NCBI RefSeq assembly: GCF_006345805.1 | Contig: NC_043011.1 | Span: forward strand, 49,426,464-49,490,463 | DNA from: Octopus sinensis | Taxonomy: Eukaryota | Direction of reading: 5' to 3' | Length of the DNA stretch: 64,000 nucleotides | Shown: in pieces, positions 26,780 through 41,310 of the stretch | Numbering within the stretch: the stretch's first letter is position 1 | How the letters are laid out: each line of letters opens with the position of its first letter | Position numbers and translations under genes: made by a program | Notes under the pieces: model-generated | Databases searched by the model: none | The model's input: the letters and a program-made list of their open reading frames with translations, nothing else | What the model was told of the DNA's origin: nothing

Positions 26780-26935
26780 CGATAAGCTTCTTTCAGTTTC
26801 CGTCTACCAAATCCACTCTCAAGGCTTTGGTCGGCCCCGATAGAAGACACTTGCCCAAGGTGCCACAGAGTGTGACTGAACCCGGAAACATATGGTTGAG
26901 AAACAAGCTTCTTACCACACAACCACCCCCTGTGC
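26515..26935 (-). mobile_element. SINE family A, full length
   Basis: Reverse-complement match to 13561-13955. Confidence 0.85.
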
Positions 26936-26999
26936 CTATGTTTAGCTATAGCTGTGTGTGTTTTTAGTTGTGTGTGCATGTGCATGTGTCTATGTGTGT

Positions 27000-28330
27000 T
27001 TGTGATTGGTTGTGAATGTGTGTATATGTGCGTATGTGCATGTGTGTGTGTGTGTGTGCGCGTGTGTATGTTTAGTTGTGTATGCTTTCAGTTGCACTGA
27101 GTGTGTGCGTGTGTGCATGTGTGCGTGTGCGCGTGTGTGTATGTGTGCGTATGCGTGTATGTGTGCGTGTGTATGTTTTTTTTACGTGCGTGTGTCTGTA
27201 CATATGTGTGTGTATGTGTGTGTATGTGTGTATATTTGTGTATGTGCATGTGTGTAATATATGAGTGTGTGTAAGTATGTGTGTGTGTGTATGTGTGCGT
27301 GTGTATGTTTTTTACGTGCGTGTGTCTGTACATATGTGTGTGTATGTGTGTGTGTGCGTGTTTGTATTTAGTTGTACGTGCGTATCTTTAGATGTGTGTG
27401 TATGTGTGTGTGTGTGTAATAATGACAGTATGTGTATTTTAGTTATTATGTGTGTGTGTGTGTGTGTGTGTGTGTGGTTAGTTGTATGTTTTCGGTTACA
27501 CTTTGTATTCGCGTGCATGTGTATGTGTACATGTGTGCGTGTGTGTATATGTGTGTATGTGTGAGTATGTGCGTGTGTGCGTGTATGTGTGCATGCGTGC
27601 GTGTGTATCTGTGCGTATGTGTGTATGTGTGCGTGTGCGTGCATGTGTGCTTTTGTGTGTGTATGTGTGCGTGTGTGCGTGTGCGTGCGTGTGTGTGCGT
27701 GTGTGTGCATCTGTGCATGCGCGAGTGAGTGTGTATGTGTGCGTGTGTGCGTGTGTGCGTGTCTTTGTATGTATGCGTATGTACATGTGTGTGTATGTGT
27801 GCGTGTATGTGTGCGTGTGTGCGCATATATGTGTGCGTGTGTATGCGTGCATGTGCGCGTGTGTATGTGTGTATGTGAGCGTGTGTGCGTTTGTGTGTAT
27901 GTGTGTGCATGTGTGTGTGTATATGCGCGTGTGTGCATATGCGTGTATCTTCGTATGCGTGCGTATGTTCATGTGTATATGTATGTGTGCATGTGTATGT
28001 TAAGCTGTGTATGTTTCACTTGCTAATGCTTAGCTGTGTGTGTCTGTGTGTGTGCTTTTTGTGTGTATGCACATCGTTGTGTGATTGCCTGTATGTGTGT
28101 TTGCGTGTGTCTGTGTGTTTTGTGTATTTGTCTGTGTGTATGTGTGATTGTATACGTGCATTTATGTGTATATGTGTGTGACTGTTTGTGTGGGTGCGTT
28201 CGTATGTATTTCTGTGTTTGTGTGCATTTGCATGTATGTGCGTCCGGTCAGGTTAGATTCGCACTTACGTGTAAGTGTGTGTGTGTGTGTGCGTGTGGTT
28301 GGTTACATATGTGCGTTTAAGCGTGATTGT
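27000..28330. repeat. Long compound (TG/CG/TA)n purine-pyrimidine tract
   Basis: Visible directly; source of the HT/CV-rich ORFs. Confidence 0.95.
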
Positions 28331-29265
28331 GTGTGCGGAGACATAATGATAAAAACAGACAGACAGACAGACTGACTGATGGAGACCAGTGCGAGGCAAT
28401 TCTGTGTATCACGCAGTCTCACGCACATATATACAGACAGACATGCACGCACACATATACACACAGACACACGCACACACACACTCAAACTGCGAGACAA
28501 GTTCGAGACAATTCCATTACAAATTACTTTTTTTGTTATTTTCATTAATTTTATGTCACAAGCGTGTCTGTGTTGTAAGAAATTTATTCCCCAGTCCCAT
28601 GGTTCTGGGTTCTATCCCACTGTTGATCCTTGGATAAGTGTTTTCGATTATAGCTTCGAGCAGTCCAGCCGTTGTGAATGGATTTGGTACAAGGGGAAAC
28701 TGAAAGAAGCCCATCATGTATGTTATTCTTTCATCCTTTCCTTTCCTTTCTATCAGCCCCTTCACTCTTACTTCATTCATTCCACTCTTCGTTCTTTCGT
28801 TCCCCCTCTCTCACATTTTCTGGCCATCTCTTCATATTCACCTTTCCCCCTCTTTCACTTCACTTTCATTTTTTTCTCGCCCCTCCTCAATTCTTCTGTC
28901 CTTCTGCCTCTATCTATCTCTCTTCTCTGTCCACGTGACTGGTGTTCGGCCAAGCCTGACCTTTCTTTCTTGGTTCGACTACCATCAGTGCAACTTCTAT
29001 ATTCCTCTCTGTGCCTGTCAAATCTTATACTCCTGCCGCTATGCTTTACTTCCACACACGCCAGCTTAATTTAATTCGTCCTTAGTCGAAAGATACCCGT
29101 TGTTAATGTCCTGTTATTTGTATTTGTGTACCCTTTCTCCGTTTTTTCCGTCCTAGTTTTCGTATATTCTTTCTTCCAAGGAATCTAGTCATCTTAGCTT
29201 AGTTTTTTCCTGGGGCTGTTCCAGACTGGAGCAGTTCGACTATGACCATATATATGTATGCACAT

Positions 29266-29298
<33 letters not shown>

Positions 29299-29334
29299 TA
29301 TACATACATATACACACACACAAACACACACATG

Positions 29335-29372
<38 letters not shown>

Positions 29373-29765
29373 CATATGGCATTGTCACGTGAACTTGTTT
29401 CTTTCCTATGTTATCTGAAATAACTCAAGAATTATTTTTATCGCAATGCATTACAGCTCTTCTTGTAACCATTCTCCACAACTTTTGTTTATCGTTTTTG
29501 AAAGTTTGAATTAATTTTACCTTCTTTTTTTTTTTACCAGACATGTGACGATGGAGTGCCAAGTAGAACACAAACAAACAGAATTAACATTTTTTTGACA
29601 CCTGCTTTCCTTCGTCTTCATTCAACATTCCAAAGCTGCCAAAATCGATCGAGACATTTTCGTACTCCAAGGAGAGGAAATTCAACCTTACAGACAATCG
29701 ACGTTCTGGCGAATCTTTTTTCAGTTCAATAAGAAGTGATCAAACTAGTTCATCCACGAGCATCT

Positions 29766-30194
29766 GCTCCAACCGTAACTAATCCACCTATATTTCAAAT
29801 TATATATCTTGGACAGTATTTCTCCATATTTTGATTAAAGGCGTTCCAGTCGTGACCATGTTATCTTTTATTTTTTTCAGGCTGTATCTAGAAGAGACTT
29901 TCCCCAGTCTTTAATTTAGGGCGTTCCACTCGTGACTATTCCATCTTTTACTTTTCAGATTGCGTATCTAGGATATAAGCTTACTCATTTTTCAGTAGCT
30001 CGGCGTATATTTTCGCTTTATTTTTCACCGATTGACATTTTGCAAGCAACCCCACCGCACGTTGGCAAAGAAAAGAAAACTCAGGATAAAAGATATTTTA
30101 ATCAAACAATTTTGCACACTGCTTCATTATCCATATTGTCTTATATTAAAGAAGGCAAGGACTAACGAAATCCTATTGGTGGGGTCCTTGATAC
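29766..30194 (+). repeat. ~430-bp dispersed repeat, copy 1 (copy 2 at 33505-33933)
   Basis: Near-identical by eye to 33505-33933. Confidence 0.9.
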
Positions 30195-30465
30195 AGTCCT
30201 TAGGAATTTACCTAACAGATAAGATGATGCATTATGATGCTGTTGCCCGTCACCTTCACTCGATGAGTGAGATCTAAAAACCCGATGCATGTGAGACACG
30301 TACTCGGAACGAAAGATACAAACTTCAGCGCCCTTCTACGAGTTCCTTTGCGCACCAATTTCTTTGTCCTTCTACCAGTTTTTTGCACGGTTATTCGTGG
30401 ACACAAATATTTCTTTACCGTATGATCACCGGCGATAAAAAAAATCTGGTGTCTTTACGTCAATA

Positions 30466-30844
30466 GGAGCAATACGTCGGTTACGACGACGAGGGTCCCA
30501 GCTGATCCGATCAACAGAACAGCCTGCTCGTGAAATTAACGTGCAAGTGGATGAACACTCCACAGACACGTGTAACCTTAACGTAGTTCTCGGGGAGATT
30601 CAGCGTGACACAGAGAGTGACAAGGCCGGCCCTTTGAAATACAGGTACAACAGAAACAGGAAGTAAGAGTGAGAGAAAGTTGTGGTGAAAAGTACAGCAG
30701 GGATCACCACCATCCCTGCCGGAGCCTCGTGGAGCTTTAGGTGTTTTCGCTCAATAAACACTCACAACGCCCGGTCTGGGAATCGAAACCGCGATCCTAC
30801 GACCGCGAGTCCGCTGCCCTAACCACTGGGCCATTGCGCCTCCA
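30466..30844 (-). mobile_element. SINE family D-type head with different tail, full length with 13-bp TSD
   Basis: GGAGGCGCAATGGCCCAGTGGTTAGGGCAGCGG head; CTTTACGTCAATA at 30453-30465 and 30845-30857. Confidence 0.9.
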
Positions 30845-31157
30845 CTTTACGTCAATATCAAGCAGAGGAAAGAACGGCGGAATACTGACCAGCAAAACAA
30901 CATCTCGAGCCAAGCTAGATCAGCATTCACACAAGACAATGATCTGCATTTGATGGGACTGAGAAGGGCTAATCTACTATAAAATGTTTGGATACAACCA
31001 CGCGTTCAATGTAGCGCATTACATTGATTAAATGTTCCGGCTCAACGATGCAGTCTAACGGAAACGAACCGACCAGCGACGCTGAGTGCTTGTTCAACGC
31101 GACAACACTCGTCCGCCTACACGTTGTTAATTGATCAAAATATTATTTAAGAGTTCA

Positions 31158-31395
31158 GTTGGACAGTTTTACCGCCCTCGCCGTATTCTTTTGGTACAGC
31201 GCCCTCAGATTATCACCTTTTTGGTCTCTTTCCAACAGTCTGCGAGGCATTTCATTTAACAACAATGGGCAGCTGAAAAGGTGGATCGATCAATTTTTCG
31301 AGTCAAGACCAAGTGATTTCTACGATTTGGGCAGTGACAAGACAGTGGAACGTTGGCAAGAAGCCGTGAACAACGAAGGAAAATATATGATAAAT
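31158..31395 (+). mobile_element. Mariner transposase C-terminal fragment
   Basis: APSDYHLF..SLSNSLRGISF...QFFESRP.DFY...VERWQEAVNNEGKY. Confidence 0.8.
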
Positions 31396-31536
31396 TTATT
31401 TGTTAAAGTTGTTGATGAAAAATAAGGCTTGAAACAAATGGAAATTGAACGAATTTATCTCACAACGCAAGTCACATACACACACAAAAACACACGCACG
31501 CACACACACACATACATACATACATACATACATACA

Positions 31537-31570
<34 letters not shown>

Positions 31571-31629
31571 CATACATTCAGATATAGATAGATTGACAAA
31601 CAGCTAGCTAATTAGATAGACAGACAGAC

Positions 31630-31665
<36 letters not shown>

Positions 31666-31738
31666 GGGCGGACGGAGAGACAGACGGACGGACGGGCAGA
31701 CAGACAGACAGATGGATGGATGGATGGACGGATGGATA

Positions 31739-31799
<61 letters not shown>

Positions 31800-31832
31800 C
31801 AGGTAGACAGACAGCAGACAGACAGACAGACT

Positions 31833-31882
<50 letters not shown>

Positions 31883-31893
31883 CAAATAAATAC

Positions 31894-32019
<126 letters not shown>

Positions 32020-32349
32020 GGATAGAATAGAGTTAAGCCCTTGTATCATATTATTAGGAGGTTATAGTATAGAATAAATGCTCTATGACATATGTTACGA
32101 TATTTATGATCATATATACTAAGTCACCACCCTGTACAAAAGTACAGATTCTACACAATCATCACTCACACAAAATATATGCCATACTGTCACTTCCTAA
32201 TAATGAAAACGTTTTTTTTCAGAACAAAGCAGAGAAAAAAATTCTAAATATTACGTAACGCAGATACATTATCAACAGACAATGCCATGTACATCTCTAG
32301 AGTACTGAAATACTCGCTTAATGTACAGTGAAAAAAAGTCGCAGAGGAC

Positions 32350-33060
<711 letters not shown>

Positions 33061-33200
33061 CTTACTAATGAATTATATTTAAAAATGTATATAATATTTA
33101 GTCGATTGTTAAAATGTGTAACTCTTCACAATGGCGTACAAAAGAAATACGCTGCAGCCATTTTCTTTTAGCCTCAAACCAAATGACTGTTCGAAGCAGA

Positions 33201-33240
<40 letters not shown>

Positions 33241-33504
33241 TATGATAAGTTTATTGTGTTTCGTGTAACATGATCAGATCTAAATAGTAAGTGAGAATCG
33301 TAGCCGCGTTGAAAGCAAATAATTTATTAAGCAACAACAATATTATCATTGTAATGTTATATCAAGCTCCAATTAATTGTGTATCTTCGTCAACATTTTC
33401 CCTAGAAGCAGTACATTCATTCGTATGACGTCATGTCATTATGCTTGTTGTTGTTGCTGCTGTCTTTATTTAGCTAGCCCCAGATTAGACGTCGATCGAA
33501 GGGG

Positions 33505-33933
33505 GCTCCAACCGTAACTAATCCACCTATATTTCAAATTATATATCTTGGACAGTATTTCTACATATTTTGATTAAAGGCGTTCCAGTCGTGACCATGT
33601 TATCTTTTATTTTTTTCAGACTGTATCTAGAAGAGACTTTCCCCACTTTTTAATTTAGGGCGTTCCACTCGTGACTATTCCATCTTTTACTTTTCAGATT
33701 GCGTATCTAGGATATAAGCTTACTCATTTTTCAGTAGCTCGGCGTATATTTTCGATTTATTTTTCACCGATTGACATTTTGCAAGCAACCCCACGGCACG
33801 TTGGCAAAAACAAGAAAACTCAGGATAAAAGATATTTTAATCAAACAATTTTGCACACTGCTTCATTATCCATATTTTCTTATATTAAAGAAGGCAAGGA
33901 CTAACGAAATCCTATTGGTCGGGTCCTTGATAC
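33505..33933 (+). repeat. ~430-bp dispersed repeat, copy 2
   Basis: Near-identical to 29766-30194. Confidence 0.9.
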
Positions 33934-34612
33934 ATCATAAATAATGTTTTTGCTCCTTAAAATACAGGGTTATTGCTAGCAAAGATTTTGGACAATGTGT
34001 TTAATTTAATATGTATTGTACCTGGTTTCGACGAATTGGTTTCAAATTTTTATCACAAGGCAAAAAATTTCAGGGCAGGGGCTGAATCGATTAAATCGAC
34101 CCCTGTGTTCAACTGGTAATTTATTTTATCGACCCCGAAAGGATGAAAGCCAATTGCCGCCAACGTCGGCAGCATTTCAGCCCAGAACTTAAAGATTGAC
34201 TAAATGTCGCTAGGCACTTTTCCCGATGCCCTAACAATTCTATCAGCTCACCGCTTGAAGCGGTTTTCATATATTATTTGTAAGAGAAAATCTCATGTTC
34301 TTTTCTGAACACCCAAAACGCTCCAAACCTCTTCGGCATTTACCGTCCAATGCAGAGGGATAGCAAATGTCGACTGATCTTGGACAGCATTATCAAATGC
34401 ATATTTTATATGACAGCATGATGTGATATAAGGAAAATTTGTCTGCTATTTTTAGTAGATCGAGCGACTAAAAAGTTTCCCTTCATAACCTTGTGCTGTA
34501 AAGCTTTAAAGTATTAAGTGATGATTGGGTTTAATAAGTACGTTGGTTGCTGTATTCTTGTCAACTCTAGGCACAAGGCCCAAAAATTGGGGGGGGGGGC
34601 AGTCAATTGGGA

Positions 34613-35022
34613 GGAGTGGCTGTGCGGTAAGTAGCTTGCTAACCAACCACATAGTTCCGGGTTCAGTCCCACTGCGTGGCATCTTGGACAAGTGTCTTCT
34701 GCTATAGCCCCGGGCCGACCAATGCCTTGTGAGTGGATTTGGTAGACGGAAACTGAAAGAAGCCTGTCGTATATATTTATATATATATGTGTGTATGTGT
34801 GTGTATGTGTTTGTGTGTCTGTGTTTGTCTCCCTAGCATTGCTTGACAACCGATGCTGGTGTGTTTACGTCCCCGTCACTTAGCGGTTCGGCAAAAGAGA
34901 CCAATAGAATAAGTACTGGGCTTACAAAGAATAAGTCCCGGGGTCGATTTGCTCGACTAAAGGCGGTGCTCTAGCATGGGCGCAGTCAAATGACTGAAAC
35001 AAGTAAAAGAGTAAAAGAGTAA
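34613..35022 (+). mobile_element. SINE family A, full length
   Basis: Head, internal microsatellite and AAAAGAGT tail repeats all present. Confidence 0.9.
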
Positions 35023-35554
35023 AGAGTATATACAGGGGGAGAATTCACAAAAAAGAAAAGACGAAGACAGGTGGTGTAGACAACAAACAGAAGTATCAGT
35101 TAAACTCTCGGGAAGAGAAGAATTCTTTAACGTTTCGAACCTACGCTCTTCCAGACAGGAACACAGAAAGAAATAAGGAGAGAAAATAAAAAAATGTGTA
35201 GTGGTTAGCGATCTATCATGGCAAATGCCAGACAGAGGGGTTACATATGTGTGCTAGGAAAAAGGGGAGATAATAAAGTAGTGGTGATCCCAAAACGAAG
35301 GTGCGCGTGCGTGTGTATAAGAGAGTACGAATGTGTGTGCAATAGGGCTGGTGACCTTGACGCGTGCGTGTGTATGTGTACGTGTATATATATATGTGTG
35401 TGTGTGTGTATGCGTGTGTGTGTGTATATATCAAAGCATTAACTGCCCAGTTTAAAATATTATTTTTTACACAATAATTCAATAGGTATTCATTGAATAT
35501 ATATTGTGTGTGCGTCTGCACTGGTGTATGTATGTACGTATAATGCATATATAA

Positions 35555-35591
<37 letters not shown>

Positions 35592-36602
35592 TATACATAT
35601 ATGTGCATATATGTGTGTGTGTAAACACACATACATATGTATATGTATATATTATATTATATTATTTATATATATATGATACTATATATATATATATGTA
35701 TATATATATATACATATATATATATGCATATATTATTATTTATATATGTATTATATATATACATTATATATATGCATATATTATTATTTATATATGTATA
35801 TTATAACATATATATATATGCATATATTATTATTTATATATGTATTATATATATACGAAATACAATAGTCATAAATATTATATAACATTACATTAATATA
35901 AATGTAAGTAAACTGACCTTTTACTCACACACACACTTAAACACAAACACTCACGCAAAGACACAGTGGAACACACACACACACTCAAACACTCATATAC
36001 ATAAATACACAAGTATATGTAGGACAGTAAAAGGTCAGATTTCATTTGTATTTATTAATGCTATATCGATAATTACATTTTCACAATAAAATATAATTAC
36101 ATTTTCCTTATATTTAATAGAATTTCCTTTAATGTGACTTTTCAAGCTACAATATATTTAATGTGGCCTTCAAATACACACACACACACACACACACACT
36201 AAAGAAACATAATATTTGGTCTTGGTGTAACATATGTGTTGTGTAAGTTGTGTTACTGAATAGGGAAAATGGTTGTGTATTAAGTGTTATTTATGGTAGG
36301 AGACGACGATATAGGTAGAGGCGTTGCTGTGTGGTAAGAATAGGCGTTCGTGTTGTTGTTAGACAAGGCGTTTGCTGCCCAACCTAACGGTTCTGGGTTC
36401 AGTCCCACCTCATTGCAAACTAGGTAAGTGTCCTCTACCACTGTATTATTTACCTTGGGTGGGTGGAGGGGGGGGGGCGAATAAAGCCTTGTAAATGCAT
36501 CTGGTAAAAGGTAATTGAAAAGAGACCGACGAGAACATATAAGCCCGTCATATATATGTGTGTGTGTGTGTGTGCCTGTGTGTGTGTGAATGTGTGTGTA
36601 TA

Positions 36603-36648
<46 letters not shown>

Positions 36649-36816
36649 GTATTTTAACCAAAGATTAGATGTAAGGTTTTTTCCTCGAATTTTATAATTT
36701 TTATATATATATATATATATATTTGAGCTCATTTTTTGACCGTTATTTGTAAAGGACCAATCAAACAAGTCCATTTTTAAAGGTGTAGCGTTTATACTAG
36801 TCTGGATAATTTTACT

Positions 36817-38025
36817 AAGCCCTTTTATATAATGTAATAATTTGAATTCGCCTTAAATGGTCCCTTTACATACTGAATACTTGGTGAAATTGATTAATAA
36901 TTAATTAATTTTACCCTCAATTGTTGAAATTATAATTCATCTCTCTCTATTTAATGCTTCGGATTTTACCGAAAAAGCATAGTGTTTACTGATTTTAACC
37001 CACGCTGGTGGAAAGGGGAGAGCAGAAATTCTTCGCTTGCATATTTTGGTTTGCTGGCACTGTTAGTTTCGAGCAGATCTTCAGAAGCGATAAGAAGCCG
37101 AAAGGGTATGCTCCCACTTTCAGTGTTTTCAAATCCAAACCAAGGAGTTCTCAGCTGATGATAGAAATGTCGAGTTGACTAATCTTGAAACGTACGTTCT
37201 CAAATACCTTTGCATTGATTTTAATGTCTTTACCCCCATACTTTCGTGAGTTGAATTGAGCAAACACTATATGAGAGAGATTTTCTTTAAGTATTAGAAT
37301 AGTTTTAAAAAAGTTTTTTTAGCTACTATTTCTAATGAGTTCAGTATGTGGCAAAGTAAATTATTTTAAAGCCCTTTTATATAATGTAATAATTTGAATT
37401 CGCCTTAAATGGTCCCTTTACATACTGAATACTTGTGAAATTGATTAATAAAATTAATTTTACCCTCAATTGTTGAAATTATAATTCATCTCTCTCTATT
37501 TATGCTTCGGATTTTACCGAAAAAGCATAGTGTTTACTGATTTTAACCCACGCTGGTGGAAAGGGGATGAGCAGAAATTCTTCGCTTGCATATTTTGGGT
37601 TGCTGGCACTGTTAGTTTCGAGCAGATCTTCAGAAGCGATAAGAAGCCGAAAGGGTATGCCCCACTTTCAGTGTTTTCAATCCAAACCAAGGAGTTCTCA
37701 GCTGATGATAGAAATGTCGAGTTGACTAATCTTGAACGTAACGTTCTCAAATAACCTTGCATTTGATTTTATGTCTTACCCCATACTTTCGTGAGTGATG
37801 AGTTGAATTGAGCAAACACTATAGGAGAGAGATTTTCTTTAAGTTTAGAAATAGTTTTAAAAAAAGTTTTTTTAGCTACTAGTTCTAATGAGTTCAGTAT
37901 GTGGCAAGATTTATTTTACTAAGCCCTTTTATATAATGTAATAATTTGAATTCGCCTTAAGGTCCCTTTACATACTGAATACTTGGTGAAATTGATAATA
38001 ATTAATTAATTTTACCCTCAATTGT
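36817..38025. repeat. Tandem array of a 552-bp unit (about 2.2 copies)
   Basis: AAGCCCTTTTATATAATG starts at 36817, 37369 and 37921. Confidence 0.92.
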
Positions 38026-38093
38026 GAAAATATATATATATATATATATATACATATATTATATATTATATATATATATATATATATATTATT

Positions 38094-38126
<33 letters not shown>

Positions 38127-38604
38127 TATATATACTAGGTGGGGAAAAAGTGAGTCACCACTGAACATGACATGAACTGAATGAACATACACACCACAAC
38201 AATATATTTTTTACATGCATTACTTTAATGTGGCGCACGATTTTTTCCTCATCGTAATATATATATATATATATGATCAGTCAGTTGATGGGCTCCACTA
38301 CCTCAAATGTTCTTAAAATTTAAATCCACATCTTTGTCTATATATCTACCTTCTCTATAATGTTGCCACTTGATATGAAACTTTTTGTATTAATGGAAAA
38401 CCTCTATAATTTTAAAACCGTTGTAATAGTTATAGCATTTAATAAAATGATGTAGTACGAAACGATCGTACCAAATTACCGGAGTCATTCTTGTTGCTTA
38501 TTTTGATTATAATCACCCCACGGATTTATATGGATAACACCATACAGAATTCTGGTGCATCTAAATTAAGTACTATATTCATTTGAATCTAAATTTTTGC
38601 TGAA

Positions 38605-38676
<72 letters not shown>

Positions 38677-38740
38677 AAGAGAGAGAGAGAAAGGGGGGGA
38701 TTAGTCGATTAATATGATATTAGTAATAATCCTTTGTATT

Positions 38741-38940
38741 ATAGGCACAAGGCCTGAGATTTGGCGGGAGGGCGATAGTCGAGTACATCGATCCCGTTGC
38801 TTCGCTGGTGCTTAATTTTTCGACCCTGAAAGGATGAAAGGCAAAGTCGACTTCGACGGAATTTGAGCTCAGAACGTAAGGACAAACGAAACGCCGCTAA
38901 ACATTTTACCTGGCGCGCTGACAATTCTGCCAGCCTGCCG
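38741..38940 (-). mobile_element. SINE family B
   Basis: Reverse-complement match to the family B head and core. Confidence 0.75.
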
Positions 38941-38963
38941 ACTTTACAGTAGAAGTAGTAGCG

Positions 38964-39022
<59 letters not shown>

Positions 39023-39134
39023 GGTGGTGGTGGTGGTGGTGGTAGTAGTAGTAGTAGTAGTGGTGGTGGTGGTGGTGTTGGTGGTGGTGGTGGTAGTAGT
39101 AGTAGTAGTAGTGGTGGTGGTGGTGGTGTTGGTG

Positions 39135-39167
<33 letters not shown>

Positions 39168-39859
39168 TAGTAGTAGTAATAGTAGTAGTAGTAGTCTTGC
39201 GCTATTGGCGCGATGATGATGATGACGACGACGACGATGATGATGATGATGATGATGATTTCTGTTATTGGCCAGAAGGGCTCAAAATGTTTGAAAACGG
39301 TAATGAGCTCATTATGTTCAATTCTCGGGTGTACTAATGAGATGGGTTACATTGTATGTGTTTCGTGTGAGTTCCGTTATTAAACCATACGGTTGCTTAG
39401 ACTATACGTTGCATGCGCCTGTATGTGTATATGTTTATGTGTGTGTGTATGTGTGGTGTGTTTGTGTACGTGTGCATGCTGAATAATACGAGTGTATAGA
39501 AAGAATATGCGTTGCGTGTGTATGTATATATGCGTTGTGTTTCTAAATTATATAATTTTCAGAATATGTGTTGCCTTTGTGTATGTGTGCGTTACTAAAT
39601 TAAAAGCGCTGTGCTTCAAAAAAAAAAATGTGCCACTCCCTGTTACGGCGATATTTTTACTTATTATTATTTTTCTATATTACATTTCTTTTAAGCCATG
39701 AAATATTTTGCTTCTTTTACCGTTCCTATTCGTGTTTTTTTTTTTTGTTTTGTTTTGTTCTGTTTTGTTTTTAGTTACCATTCATTATGCACCAGTTACC
39801 ATTGATGTCATTCATATTCTCCTACTTACTTATTCCCACTTCGATGTCCTACTTTGATA

Positions 39860-40150
39860 GCTTTTCAACATTCTTCTGAGAGATGGCTTAGTTGTGAAGA
39901 GATACATAGATGTATATCAGTGTGGCTTAGCTCTTCATTTCCATCTTTGAATATGATATTTAGACGGTTCGTTTTGATTTTCTTGTCAGTTTAGACAGGC
40001 ATATCCCAGATTAAAACAACCATGTTATTATCACACAGCGAGATTGGTGCGTGATTCTACTACTTATCTTCGCTTGTCATTCAGATATATCAGTATATTT
40101 CCCTATAGATATATCTGCCGACCCACTCATGTCTATGAATATATTCTGTT
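39860..40150 (-). mobile_element. R4/Dong RLE fragment, decayed
   Basis: Minus frame EYIHRHEWVGRYI...LIWDMPV.TDKKIKTNR.NII.KD. Confidence 0.65.
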
Positions 40151-41084
40151 TCTTTGAAGGATAGGTAGCTAGAAAATCGTGTGATTGATTATCATTTTTT
40201 TTTTAGCTATAATCTGTAATTGGCGTTAATCTCTTGTTTTAATATATTCTCTTGCGCTTTCCATTTTGTTTTTTTCTTGGCTGGGAGTTGTATTTAGCCA
40301 TTGATGTTCGGTTGATAATATCAAACCTTGTGTTTTTACCTTTGATCCAAACCTTGATGGCTTCTCTTCCACTTTCGCTTTTGTATTTATATCTTTTTTA
40401 TAATTATTTTCGTTTTTTTCACTTCTGCTTTGATTTTAAACTTCTGTTCTCTTGATATTTTTAACGTTTCCATTGTTTTGTCCTTATCACAAAACCATTT
40501 TTATTTTACGTAGCTTCTAGTTGATATTTTACCGACGTTACCTCATACATAAAGATTTCTTTCCCAACTCGCTTTATGAAACTAATCAGTCCGTGTTTCT
40601 TTGACTTCTAATATTTTTCTCTACCCGTTGTAATAGGTCGCTGTTTAAATCATATCCGACACGCGACACTGTGTTAAATCTAACTATATCGGATTTAGGA
40701 CAACGAGTTCTTTATGAAGAGTGTAAATTTTCCTTTTTCCATTATCCTTATTCAACCCTACACAATTCATTTAACAGCCAGTTTAATTCATCGAAGATAA
40801 AATCTATAATAGGAATGGCTGGGATTATTTTAAACTATAATCGTATATATTTATAATCATAGACATAGCTGTGTGGTTAAGACGCTCGATTTGAAATCTC
40901 ATGCTTTCGGGTTCAGTTGCAGTGTGTGGAACCTTCGGCAAATGTTTTCTCATAGAACCTCTAACCAACCAATGATTTGTGAGCTTGGTAGACGAAAACA
41001 TTGTGACATTCGTTCGCACGCGCGCGCGTCTGTGTGCATTTGGTTAATGGGAGACGGAAGATGGAAGATACGAGAACTTTTATT

Positions 41085-41308
41085 AACCACTACAATTATT
41101 TCGATCCATCTAGCATCGATCCCTCACGGATGGAATATTTAACACATGGTTCATGAGCATCCGACGGTGCAGATGTGTCTCTTCGAGCGATAAATAGACA
41201 TATCTGCACCGTCCGATGCTCCTGTAAGCCTTAATGTTAACCGATATGTTAAATATTCCACTAGCGAGGGATCGATGCTAGATGGGTCGGAACAATTGTG
41301 GTGATTAA
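41085..41308. repeat. ~220-bp imperfect palindrome (fold-back)
   Basis: Inner arms 41155-41180 / 41196-41221; outer arms CCATCTAGCATCGATCCCTC / GAGGGATCGATGCTAGATGG. Confidence 0.88.
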
Positions 41309-41310
41309 TA

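Noticed and set aside
29541-29732. Strong polypyrimidine acceptor followed by an open frame (TCDDGVPSRTQ...)
   Set aside because: No partner exons, donor site or recognisable homology; cannot be supported without RNA data.
30770-30844. tRNA-like sequences at SINE heads
   Set aside because: A/B boxes are present but they continue into SINE bodies without a complete cloverleaf; not called as tRNA genes.
35125-35165. Hammerhead-like GAAGAGC-GUAG-GUUC-GAAAC on the minus strand of an A-rich repeat
   Set aside because: The CUGANGA core is corrupted and no stem I/III is found; at most a relic.
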